In this document: positions 30,193 to 39,240 of the stretch, piece by piece
How positions within the stretch are numbered: the stretch's first letter is position 1
Layout of the letters: each line of letters opens with the position of its first letter
Origin: Thermoanaerobaculum sp.
Lineage (GTDB): Bacteria > Acidobacteriota > Thermoanaerobaculia > Multivoradales > UBA5704
Assembly: GCA_021154885.1 (NCBI GenBank)
Contig: JAJKHS010000032.1
Location: 46,833 to 110,832 of the forward strand
Length of the DNA stretch: 64,000 nucleotides
Direction: 5' to 3'
The notes under the pieces: generated by a model
Database searches by the model: none
What the model saw: only the letters and a program-made list of their open reading frames with translations
What the model was told of the DNA's origin: nothing
Program-made: the position numbers and the translations under genes

Positions 30193-30429
30193 CGCGCTGA
30201 CGGTGAGCAGGGACGTCAACTTCTCCTCGTCATTCCGATTCACCGCCGGCAAGATCACCGACGAAGCCCTCGCCACCCTCGGCACCTCGACCGTGCAGTT
30301 CGACCACGACCTCTGGCAGTGGGGAGTCACCGAGGCGCCGGAGGTGTGGAAGGTCGAGCTGGTGCGGTATGACGGGGAGGAGTGACGAGCCCCCGGCCGG
30401 GCGGCCGGGGGCTGAGTGGGCGCGACTCC

Positions 30430-33400
30430 TCAGGCCGTGCGCCGTCGCCGCAGGAGGAGCAGGGCGGCGCCGGTGAGGGCCAGGAAGAGGATGGCGAGGC
30501 CGAAGTCGCTCAGGGTCGGGACTTCGGCGATCGGCACGACGATGTCGACCGAGGTCGGGTCGCCGGCCGCCGGGGTGGCGGGATCGTCCGTGACGCCGGC
30601 GGTGTCATTGGTACCGTCACCATTGGAATCGAAGGAGAACGATCCCTGGTTGGAGATCGTCTGGCCGGCGGTGCCCGCGTTCACGGTGGCGGTGATGGTG
30701 ATCGTCACCGAGCTGTTGGCGGGGATCGCTCCGTTCCAGGTCACCGTGTTGGTGCCGATGGTGGCGACGGCGGTGCCGGAGGTCGCGGTGGCGGTCGCCA
30801 GCGTCAGGCCCGCGGGCAGGACGTCGGTGAATTCGTTGCCCGGATTGTCCGCCTGGGCCACGCCGCCGCTGTTGGTGAGGACCACGGTGTAGGTGAGGGT
30901 GGAGCCTTCCTGGGGCGACCCGCTCACCGTCTTGGTGGCGGTGATGAAAGGCGCGGCCGCGACCGCGAACGCGGTCGGGTCGCCGGCCGTCCCGGTGCCG
31001 GGGTCGTCCGTCTGGGCGCTCGACTCGTTGCTGCCGTTGAGGTCGGCGTCGAAGGCGATCGTCCCCTGGTTGGAGATCGTCGTTCCACCGGTGCCGGGCT
31101 TGATGGTGGCGGTGATGGTGATCGCCACCGTGCCGCCGACGGGCGGGATGGCGCCATTCCAGGTCACCGTGTTGGCGCCGACCGTGGCGACGGCGGTGCC
31201 GGAGGTGGCGGTGGCGCTGACCAGGGCGAGGCTCGCGGGCAGGACGTCGGTGAATTCGTTGCCCGGGTTATCGGCCTGAGCGCCGGTGCCGTTGTTGGTG
31301 AGGGTCACCGTGTAGGTCACGGTGCCGCCCACGTTGAACGTGCCGGCCACGGTCTTGGTACCGGTCACATTTGCGGCCGGCGCAAAGGCGGAACAGGTGA
31401 AGGCCGTCGGCGTCACGATGATCGACCAGGCATTGAGCGTGCCTGCGAAGCTGCGGAAGTTGTCGGCCACCAGTGCCTTCCAGTCGCCCTGCGTGCTCAA
31501 GCCCGCCATCCGTCCGAGCTGACCGTTTGGATCGGGGAAAATGCTGGGGTCTCCGAACAGATTCCAGATGAAGGAATTGAAGGCCGGTGACCAGTCGCCG
31601 GTGTATGGCGCGTCGGAGTCGGCTGAGAGGTTGAGGTCGTTGGCCGAGTTGTCGTCGATCAACGTGTTGATGAAGTTCTGGCCGAAGAACTCGCCGATCA
31701 GGATTCCACGCAGCCAGATGAGATCGCTGCCGTAGCCGTTGGGGGCGCGCAGCAGGACGGTGAGGTCGTCCGTGGCCGGGTGCTGGACGTTGTCCACCCG
31801 GAACTGGAGGCTGGAGATCTCGAAGTCGTCGGTGATGCTTTGCGTGTCGGCGATGCCGCGCGGATCTCCGTCCGGAATGGCCAGGGCGGGATTGAGCGTC
31901 CGGGTGTAGGTGACCGGCGCGCCGGTGCCCGAGGGGGTGCCGACGCGGACCGTGAAGCTCACGGTGGCAGTGCCGAGCGTGCTGGTGATCTTCAGGCTGA
32001 AGTGGATCGCCTGGCCGCACAGGACACTGGGCGCGGCCGTGAAGACGAAGGGGGTGCCGGTGGCGACGTTCTTGGCCGGGATTGGCCCGTAGGCCGAGGT
32101 GCCGGTGAGGATGGTGACGCCAGGTGTCGAGGAGGTCAGGGTCGCCGTGGTCCCCGCCGGCACGTTGAAGGCCGTATTGCGCCACGGGTTGAGCAATTCG
32201 ACGGCGAGCTTGATCGGCTCGCCGGGGTCGATGGCGCCGTTGTTGTTGCCCAGGGAGTCGTCCACCGTGAAGGTCGACAGGTCCAGATTGGGCGTGGCAA
32301 ATGAGGTGCCGACGCTCATGTGGCCGAAGTTGGCGAAGCCGACCTGGCCGAGCGGGGCGACGGCGCCGTAGCCCAGGCCGCGGTCGGCGAAGCCCTGCCA
32401 GATCGACTTCTCGTTGGCGCAGGCGTTGGTGATGCAGTCGGCCTGGATGAGCGCGTCGCGGGCGTCGGTGAAGCTGGGATCGAGGGGCGTCAGCTTCAGG
32501 GCGTCGGTGACGATCTGCAGCATGGTGGCGTTGCCGGTCGGAACGTCGCCGTTGGCGCCGGCAGGATCGGCGATCACCCGGCTGCGCACCTCCCAGAGCG
32601 TCAGGGCCCAGATCTCGCCGATGTTGTGGACCTCCAGGCCGCCGTTGAATTCGAAGCCCAGGGGACTGATGGGGATGCCGCCCGAGTCGTTGGCCGTGAC
32701 GTCGTCCACGTCCGCCCAGGTGAGCGGGTTGACCGTGTTGTCCGTCGTGTAGGGGAACCGGCGGATGCCGTAGAGATAGTTGTCGGTGAGGCCGCCGAGC
32801 TGGTAGGTGGCATAGGCCCCTGCCGCGTACTTGGCGTTCGGGTCATCCACGTTGTTGCCGTGGAGCAGCGACAGGGCGTAGAAGTCGCTCCAGCCCTCGC
32901 CCATCCCTTCGCCCGGGCTCCAGATGAGGCCGCCGGCGTCGCCGACCAGCCGGTTGGAGAGGCCATGGGTCAGCTCGTGGAGCACGATCGTGGCATCGAG
33001 AGAGCCGTCGCGCTCCGGGGAGGGGAAATCGAAGAGGAACATCTGCATGCGGCCGGACGACCCGTCCGGAGGTGTGGAGAAGTTGGAGTTGTCGGTGCCC
33101 GAGCCGTCCTGCGCCTCGGCCAGCACCGGATCCCCGCCCGCTCCCATGCCGCTGAAGTTGGTGGCCTGGAAGTTCCCCGCCGCCTCGTCGAAGCCGAGGT
33201 TGAAGAGCTGGTCGTGGTACCAGTTGGTGAGATAGAAGAGATGGGTCACGATGCCGCGCTGATAGGGTGCGAGCGTGGGGTCGTCGCCGGCGTCCGGGTT
33301 GCCGCCCACGGGGGGCGGGTTGTAGGTGTAGTCGCGCGGCGCGGCGCCGAGGAAGTCGCGATTGTTCGTGTTGGCGTCCGGGTTGCCCACCGGCCGGCCG

Positions 33401-34626
33401 TTGTTGTCCAGGGCGCCGGTGTCCGGAGCGTCGTCGTCGTCGGTATCCAGATAGGCGTCGACGTTGTTGCCCGTCGTCGTCGTACCGCCGTCGGGGATCC
33501 AGCCGTCGGGGCTGGCGGTTGAGTCCTGCGCCGTGGACATGTTGACGATCGTGCGGGCGATCTCCGGGAACTGGGTGCCGGAGCCGGGGGTGACGTCGGT
33601 CGGGTTGTGAGGCGCCGGGCTCTCGGCCGGGGTTTTTCCATCGCCAAGCACGTAGACGCTGAACCGCGCCTCCTGAGTCGAGGCGTGGGCGCGGATGTCC
33701 TTGCGCCAGAGCAGGGCGCCGCTGACGGCGTCGACGATCGTGTACCAGTCCGCATCGCCCTTGGTGAAGGTGATCTGCCGCCAGGCGGGAACGAGCACGC
33801 CGGGCGCGGCCGGGAAGTAGACGACGTCGCTCGCCACCGCGCCGGCGATCCGCGGATCGTTGGCCAGGACGCGGGTCTGGGTGCCGTTGGCGTTGGTCGC
33901 TTGCACGGCCATGCGGGTGACGTCGAGGCTCAAGCCCACGGATTTCATCGCCGCCACCAGCGCCTGCGGAGCGGAGACGGCGGGCGGCAGGGGGACCGAG
34001 GGCGCGGCGGCGGCCGGCATCAGCAGGCCGAGGGAGCGCCAGACGCGGCCGTCGCGGTCGAGGATGAAGCGGGTCTCGCTCTGGAAGAGAGAGCGGCCGT
34101 TGAGCTGCTGCTCGACGCGCACCATGCGCAGGCCGCTGCGCTTGCTCACGCTCTCGCCCAGGAGGTGGAGGGCGTCGATCTCGGCGCTCGTCAGGCCGTA
34201 GAGGGCGCTGTTGGCCTTGAGGTAGTCGCGCACGACGTCGATTCCAGGCCTCCCGGGCGCCGCGGCGGAGAGCGCTCCGCGATTTCCGGAGACGATCTCC
34301 GGCGCCGCGGTGACCGGCGAGAAGCGGGCCGTGGCGCCGGGGGCCGTGGTCTGCAGGCGTTTCAGGGCTTCCTGCATCGACTTGATCTGGTCCTTGACCT
34401 GCGCCGCGCTCGGCAGCGGCTTGAGCGGCACCGTGGGAAGCCCGGCCACGACCGCGGACAGGGCGTGCGCACTGCCGTTCACCCGGACGTCGAAGTTGCC
34501 GGCGAGCTGCGGCTTGGCTGTGGGCGAGCTGGCTGCCCAGCCCGGCAGGGCGGACAGCGTCAGAAGTAAGATTCCCGCCAGCGCGGGCACGAAGCGACAC
34601 CTTCTCACAGACGACGACCAGGGCAT
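30430..34626 (-). CDS. Secreted M36 (fungalysin-type) metalloprotease with proprotein-convertase P-domain, DUF11-type repeats and IPTL-CTERM sorting tail
   Basis: The signal peptide starts at ATG 34626 (an SD lies upstream). HELTHGLSNRL plus GEGWSDF are fungalysin motifs. A P-domain-like block is present (ALAIPDGDPRGIADTQSITDDFEISSLQFRV...). There are two DUF11-like repeats (GTVTYTVTLTNNGTGAQADNPGNEFTDVLP). The C-terminus is VPTLSDFGLAILFLALTGAALLLLRRRR. Confidence 0.85.
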   Translation of the reverse strand: MPWSSSVRRCRFVPALAGILLLTLSALPGWAASSPTAKPQLAGNFDVRVNGSAHALSAVVAGLPTVPLKPLPSAAQVKDQIKSMQEALKRLQTTAPGATARFSPVTAAPEIVSGNRGALSAAAPGRPGIDVVRDYLKANSALYGLTSAEIDALHLLGESVSKRSGLRMVRVEQQLNGRSLFQSETRFILDRDGRVWRSLGLLMPAAAAPSVPLPPAVSAPQALVAAMKSVGLSLDVTRMAVQATNANGTQTRVLANDPRIAGAVASDVVYFPAAPGVLVPAWRQITFTKGDADWYTIVDAVSGALLWRKDIRAHASTQEARFSVYVLGDGKTPAESPAPHNPTDVTPGSGTQFPEIARTIVNMSTAQDSTASPDGWIPDGGTTTTGNNVDAYLDTDDDDAPDTGALDNNGRPVGNPDANTNNRDFLGAAPRDYTYNPPPVGGNPDAGDDPTLAPYQRGIVTHLFYLTNWYHDQLFNLGFDEAAGNFQATNFSGMGAGGDPVLAEAQDGSGTDNSNFSTPPDGSSGRMQMFLFDFPSPERDGSLDATIVLHELTHGLSNRLVGDAGGLIWSPGEGMGEGWSDFYALSLLHGNNVDDPNAKYAAGAYATYQLGGLTDNYLYGIRRFPYTTDNTVNPLTWADVDDVTANDSGGIPISPLGFEFNGGLEVHNIGEIWALTLWEVRSRVIADPAGANGDVPTGNATMLQIVTDALKLTPLDPSFTDARDALIQADCITNACANEKSIWQGFADRGLGYGAVAPLGQVGFANFGHMSVGTSFATPNLDLSTFTVDDSLGNNNGAIDPGEPIKLAVELLNPWRNTAFNVPAGTTATLTSSTPGVTILTGTSAYGPIPAKNVATGTPFVFTAAPSVLCGQAIHFSLKITSTLGTATVSFTVRVGTPSGTGAPVTYTRTLNPALAIPDGDPRGIADTQSITDDFEISSLQFRVDNVQHPATDDLTVLLRAPNGYGSDLIWLRGILIGEFFGQNFINTLIDDNSANDLNLSADSDAPYTGDWSPAFNSFIWNLFGDPSIFPDPNGQLGRMAGLSTQGDWKALVADNFRSFAGTLNAWSIIVTPTAFTCSAFAPAANVTGTKTVAGTFNVGGTVTYTVTLTNNGTGAQADNPGNEFTDVLPASLALVSATATSGTAVATVGANTVTWNGAIPPVGGTVAITITATIKPGTGGTTISNQGTIAFDADLNGSNESSAQTDDPGTGTAGDPTAFAVAAAPFITATKTVSGSPQEGSTLTYTVVLTNSGGVAQADNPGNEFTDVLPAGLTLATATATSGTAVATIGTNTVTWNGAIPANSSVTITITATVNAGTAGQTISNQGSFSFDSNGDGTNDTAGVTDDPATPAAGDPTSVDIVVPIAEVPTLSDFGLAILFLALTGAALLLLRRRRTA

Positions 34627-34810
34627 GCGAGCTCCCCTTTCCGAGTTTGACGAAAAAGACAGAAAGACGGCGCAGTCTAGCAGGACGAGGGGGAGGCTGT
34701 GAAGGGTGGAGGACGGACTCCAAGGAGGCCCGCATCCCGGCGGATCGTTGCACTTTGCCAAATTCTGCGATATAGATTGACCAGACGTAGTTTTGCTTTC
34801 AGGTATAAAA

Positions 34811-35758
34811 ATGCGCAAGAGTGCTCTTCTCTTCTTCGTGCTCGCTGTATGCTCCCCTCTCGGGGCGGTCGCCGAGGCGGCCCTTGCGGACCGTGCCTTG
34901 TCACTCGTCCGTGACCTGCGTGCCTCCGGGATGGGAGTCGACCAGGAAGGGAACCTCTGGGCCTGGCAGAACCGGTCGGGCCGGATCGACCTGTACTCGC
35001 CGGAAGGCGAGGTGATCGCGACGGCGAGCCTCAAGGACGCCGTGAGTGTGGCCGTGGATGGGCGCTGGGGCGTTGCCGGGATCGTCGGCCAGGGCAAGGA
35101 GCTTCGCCTCGTCCCGTTCGGACCCGGCTCTCCCATCTCCATCCCGCTCCCCGACGAGGTCCGAGGAGTCGCCTGGATCGATGCCGAGACCATCGCCGTC
35201 GCTCCTACCCTTGCCAACCACCGGGCTCAGATCTGGAAGGTTCGCGAGAAGACCCTACTCAAGAAGCTGGGTACCGAGGATGTGATCGAGCCCAAGATTG
35301 GCACCACTGTGCTGCGGGCTGTCGACCTTCAATATGACCCGGGGCGCAAGTTGCTCTATACCCTGGATGGCTTCCGCGGCGACCTGCAGGTGTTTGCGCT
35401 CGACGGCCGCCTCGTCCGGCATGAGGCGTTTCCGCAGGTGGAGCGGCGGGAGCTGGAAGCTTGGCTCGCCCAGACGGACCGGGAGATGCGCGAGCGCCAC
35501 GAGGTGTTCATTCCTGGGATCAGTTGGTTCTATCTAGCTGTGGACACCTCCGGCGCGGCTTGGTCGGTCCAGGCCTGTGATCACTCGCGGACCCACGCAA
35601 CGCTCCTCCAGATCCCACTGCTGGGCAAAAGCCGATCGACGACTTTCGAAGTGGCCTGCTGTGCGCTTCCCCTGGTGATCTGGAAGGGGTGGCTGATCAC
35701 ATATACAGATACCGCGGCTCCTCGCGAGATCTGTAACCTCGTCAGGAGAATGCCATGA
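34811..35758 (+). CDS. Hypothetical secreted protein (beta-propeller-like?)
   Basis: Signal peptide MRKSALLFFVLAVCSPLGAVAEA. Lower-GC gene. Its stop overlaps the next ATG (ATGA). Confidence 0.6.
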   Translation: MRKSALLFFVLAVCSPLGAVAEAALADRALSLVRDLRASGMGVDQEGNLWAWQNRSGRIDLYSPEGEVIATASLKDAVSVAVDGRWGVAGIVGQGKELRLVPFGPGSPISIPLPDEVRGVAWIDAETIAVAPTLANHRAQIWKVREKTLLKKLGTEDVIEPKIGTTVLRAVDLQYDPGRKLLYTLDGFRGDLQVFALDGRLVRHEAFPQVERRELEAWLAQTDREMRERHEVFIPGISWFYLAVDTSGAAWSVQACDHSRTHATLLQIPLLGKSRSTTFEVACCALPLVIWKGWLITYTDTAAPREICNLVRRMP

Positions 35759-36003
35759 ACCGCAACGTTCGACGTTGTCTGTTCCTGGTCGTCCTGCTGG
35801 TGCTTCCCTTGATGGAACGAACTTCCTCGGCCCAATTCACCCCGCCGCCGAATCCTGGAGGGGGAGCCGGAGGAGGCTGTAGCTACTGTAGCCAGGATAA
35901 CTGCGGCTGTGCTTCCTCTGCAATCTGCACCCTCAACTTCAGTTGCGCTTGCAGCTCGATCTCGTGCTCCCGATCCTGTTATTACACGGAATGCCACGTT
36001 TAG
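35755..36003 (+). CDS. Small secreted Cys/Ser-rich peptide (82 aa; ~41-aa core with 10 Cys)
   Basis: ATGA overlap with the upstream gene. Sec-type leader MNRNVRRCLFLVVLLVLPLMERTSSAQ, then a PPPNPGGGAGGG linker, then CSYCSQDNCGCASSAICTLNFSCACSSISCSRSCYYTECHV. Confidence 0.55.
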   Translation: MNRNVRRCLFLVVLLVLPLMERTSSAQFTPPPNPGGGAGGGCSYCSQDNCGCASSAICTLNFSCACSSISCSRSCYYTECHV

Positions 36004-36015
36004 TCGCCCTCGCCT

Positions 36016-38166
36016 ATGATCTCTCTCATTGCATGGTTGCTCCTCCGCGTTGCCACAGAGCTCTCCGCACCCCCGGTGAGGAGCGCTTGGCTCGAGGTCA
36101 CCCCTTTGGCCTCGCAGGACGAGCCGGCGACGGTTGAGCTGAAGGCGCCGGTCGTACCGATGCGGATTCCAGCCCTGAAGGCCGGGTTGGCGCTGGTGTG
36201 CTCCGGCGGTGAAGAGGTCGCCGTAAGCTGTGCGCAGCAGTACCTGAAGGCCGGCGCCGCCGTGGAGCCGGTGCTCCAGCGGGGGGTGAGGGTGACCGCC
36301 CGAGTGCGCGCCGGCAAGGACGCCGTCGTGGGTGCGCGCCTGGCCCTCGTCCCCAAGGAGCTGCGGTCGCGGCGCTTCGTCACCCTGCCGCTCGGCCGTG
36401 ACAAGGGGACCGGCCGGATGATCCGCGAGGTGGTGACGGATGCGGCCGGCCGGGTGAAGACGCCACAGCTCGCGCCCGGCGAGTACCTCCTCCAGGTGAG
36501 CGCTCCGGGCGGACAGATCCTGCACCAGGAAGTCAGCGTGCCGAGCCCCGAAAGCCTCCTGCCCAAGAGGCCCCAGGCAGCCGGTGCTCAGGCGGTGCTG
36601 GACCTCGGCGAGATCGTCCTCGACCAGGGTGTCGCCATCGCCGTCTTCGTGACGGGACCCGGCGGGGAGCCGGTCCCCGGCGCCAGGGTCGGAGGCCATC
36701 AGGGAGACCGCCCGGAAACGAATCGCTTCTTTGAAACCACGGCCGACGGTGAGGGCAAGGCGGAGATCTCCGGTCTCTCGCCCACGGTTCCGGTGAACGT
36801 CGTCTGCCTGGCTCCGGGGTTCCTGAGATTCCAACAGCATTTCGACGTTCCCCCGCCGGCCGTGGGGTGCTCGCTGCAGCCCCTGGCCCGCATCGAAGGG
36901 GTCGTCCTCGGGAGCGACCGGCGGCCTGTGGCGGGCGCCACGGTCTCCAGCCGGGCCATCGAGCGGCCGGCGACCACCGATTCCGACGGCCGCTTTCTGT
37001 TCGTCGACCTGGCCGCCGGAACCTACGCGCTGACGGCGGTCGCCCGCCGCTACGGTCCGGAGCGGGTCTCCGTGACCGTGGCGGCTGGAGAGCGGCGCGA
37101 GCTGCCTCCGATCGAGCTGAGCCTGGGCCGGAAGCTCCGGGGGCTGGTGAAGGACGGCGGCAGCGGCGAACCCGTGGCCGGAGCCCGGATCGTCTCGGTC
37201 GATCCCCTGGGTGCCGTGGACGAGGTGAGCGGGGGCGACGGGGAGGTCACCTTCGCCGCCGGCGAGGATCCGCTCCACCTGCGCGCCTCCGCCGAGGGCT
37301 ATCCGGATGCGGAGATGGAAATCGACCCCGGCAAGCTGGACGCCAGGACGCTGGACGGGGACAAGTCGGTGACGATCGAGCTCCGGCAGGGCGGGCGGCT
37401 GCGCATCGCCGTGTGGGATGAGGAAGCCGACCAGCCCTGCGCGGGTTGCGCCGTCAACGTCCAGGGTTTTCGTGCGGGCCGGTCCACACGGGTGGTCACG
37501 GACGGCGGGGGAGAGTGCCTCACCGAGCCGCTGGCGCCAGGGCCCTACGCAGTTTCTTCGGTGAACGAGAGGAGCCTCGGCGGGGTGGTCCAGGTCAGCA
37601 GCGGCGGCGAGACCCGGCAGGTGGAGGTGGTCGCGGGAGCGGTGACGCCGGTCCAGTTGGGAGAGAAGTCCCGCGTGGTCCAGGTGCGATTCCGCCCGCC
37701 CGTCCCGGAAGGCTGGAAGCTGTCCGCGGACTCGCCCTCCGGAAGCCGCAACGCCGAGCCGCTCGGCGACGGCTCGTTCGCGGTGCGCAGGCGGCCCGGC
37801 AGCGCCGTGGTCCTCCAGCTTTTTGGCGGCGCCAACGTCACCGTCCGGCAGTCCGTGCTGCCGGCGGACGACGACCGGCCGCTGATCGAGCTGCCCCTCC
37901 CCTCCGGTGCAATTCACGGCACCCTCGTCGCGGGAAAGCCGGCGGCCGGCGGCCGGGTTCTCACCATTGCCTCCGCCGGCGACGGCACGGTCCAGGCCTC
38001 GGCCTTGATCGCCGGCGAGGGAGGCTTCGCCGTTCCGTTCCTGCCCGCGGGTCTCTACACACTGCTGGTGGACGGCCGGCCCATCCGCTCCTTCACCCTC
38101 GCCCCTGATCAGGAGGAGGATCTCGGGAGCATCTCCCTCAAGGCTCCGGTTAAGATGCAGCCATGA
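36016..38166 (+). CDS. Multi-domain CarboxypepD_reg-like (Ig-like beta-sandwich repeat) protein
   Basis: At least five repeats of the pattern G.V.D..G.PV.GA.V......TD..G.F.F..L..G.Y.L, for example IEGVVLGSDRRPVAGATVSS...TDSDGRFLFVDLAAGTYALTAV. The gene starts 12 nt after the peptide gene. Confidence 0.7.
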   Translation: MISLIAWLLLRVATELSAPPVRSAWLEVTPLASQDEPATVELKAPVVPMRIPALKAGLALVCSGGEEVAVSCAQQYLKAGAAVEPVLQRGVRVTARVRAGKDAVVGARLALVPKELRSRRFVTLPLGRDKGTGRMIREVVTDAAGRVKTPQLAPGEYLLQVSAPGGQILHQEVSVPSPESLLPKRPQAAGAQAVLDLGEIVLDQGVAIAVFVTGPGGEPVPGARVGGHQGDRPETNRFFETTADGEGKAEISGLSPTVPVNVVCLAPGFLRFQQHFDVPPPAVGCSLQPLARIEGVVLGSDRRPVAGATVSSRAIERPATTDSDGRFLFVDLAAGTYALTAVARRYGPERVSVTVAAGERRELPPIELSLGRKLRGLVKDGGSGEPVAGARIVSVDPLGAVDEVSGGDGEVTFAAGEDPLHLRASAEGYPDAEMEIDPGKLDARTLDGDKSVTIELRQGGRLRIAVWDEEADQPCAGCAVNVQGFRAGRSTRVVTDGGGECLTEPLAPGPYAVSSVNERSLGGVVQVSSGGETRQVEVVAGAVTPVQLGEKSRVVQVRFRPPVPEGWKLSADSPSGSRNAEPLGDGSFAVRRRPGSAVVLQLFGGANVTVRQSVLPADDDRPLIELPLPSGAIHGTLVAGKPAAGGRVLTIASAGDGTVQASALIAGEGGFAVPFLPAGLYTLLVDGRPIRSFTLAPDQEEDLGSISLKAPVKMQP

Positions 38167-38849
38167 ACCTCCAGGAGACGCTCGACACCCTGAAGTCGCT
38201 CGGCAAGGAGCAGACGCGGAAGACCTACCGCCGCCATGGCGCGGGCGAGGACGTCTATGGCGTCAGCTCGGCCGATCTCAAGAGCCTCCAGAAGAAGATC
38301 AAGAAGGACCATGAGCTAGCCCGCTCGCTGTGGTCCACGGGCAACCATGAGGCCCGCATCCTGGCGACGATGGTCGCCGATCCGAAGAAGCTGGACGGCG
38401 CGACCCTCGACGCCTGGGCGGCCGATCTCGACAACTACATCGAGACCGGCTACCTGGCGGGCCTGGCGGCGCAGAGCCCGGCGGCCCGCGAGGTGATGGA
38501 GCGTTGGATCGATATCCGTGGGGATGACGGCGAGTGGCTCGCCTCCGCCGGCTGGACCGTCCTCTCCCACCTCGCCGCGAACGGCGGGCTGACCGATGCC
38601 GAGTCCGAGGGATACCTCGCCCGCATCGAGCGCGACCTCCACGGCAGCCAGAACCGGGTGCGCCACCAGATGAACGGCGCCCTCATCGCCATCGGCGGCA
38701 GCAAGCCGGCGCTTCAGGAGAAGGCCCTCGCCGCCGCCCGCCGCATCGGCAAGGTCGAGGTGGACCACGGCGAGACCGGCTGCAAGACGCCGGACGCCGT
38801 GGACTACATCAGGAAGATGGCCGAGCGGCGCGCCGCCAAGGCGGGGTGA
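38163..38849 (+). CDS. DNA alkylation repair enzyme family protein (AlkD-like HEAT repeats)
   Basis: LKSLGKEQTRKTYRRHGAGEDVYGVSSADLKSLQKKI...LWSTGNHEARILA matches the DNA_alkylation family pattern. ATGA overlap with the upstream gene. Confidence 0.8.
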   Translation: MNLQETLDTLKSLGKEQTRKTYRRHGAGEDVYGVSSADLKSLQKKIKKDHELARSLWSTGNHEARILATMVADPKKLDGATLDAWAADLDNYIETGYLAGLAAQSPAAREVMERWIDIRGDDGEWLASAGWTVLSHLAANGGLTDAESEGYLARIERDLHGSQNRVRHQMNGALIAIGGSKPALQEKALAAARRIGKVEVDHGETGCKTPDAVDYIRKMAERRAAKAG

Positions 38850-38979
38850 GGGGGGCGCGCTTCCCCATAAGCTCTGGCTTTGCTTCAGCGCCAGGCCAGC
38901 AGCCTCCTCCAGGCCTGATTCGACAAGGCGCAGACCCTGGGCGGCGACTGCAAACTCCTCCGCAGTCCCTGCTGCCGCG

Positions 38980-39190
38980 GCAGCAGTCATCGCTGTCCCG
39001 GCAGCAGTCGTCGCTGGCTCGGCAGCAGTCGTCGCTGGCTCGGCAGCAATCATCGCTGCCGTGGCAGCAGCCATTGCTTGCTTGGCAAGCAGTCATTGCT
39101 GCCAAGGCAGCAGTCATCGCTGGCTCGGCAGCAGTCATCGCTGGCTTGGCAGCAGTCGTCGCTGGCTTGGCAGCAGTCGTCGCTGGCTTG
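38980..39190. repeat. Tandem array of ten 21-bp units (consensus GCAGCAGTCGTCGCTGGCTYG), one unit being 22 bp
   Basis: Units begin at 38980, 39001, 39022, 39043, 39064, 39085 (22 bp), 39107, 39128, 39149 and 39170. The central units are diverged. Confidence 0.9.
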
Positions 39191-39240
39191 GCAAGGCCCA
39201 GACCAGACCCGACCGCAGGCATCGAGGTCAAAGTTTGCGT

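Noticed and set aside
38980-39190. Considered as a second CRISPR-like array
   Set aside because: The units are contiguous, with no spacers, so this is a simple tandem repeat.
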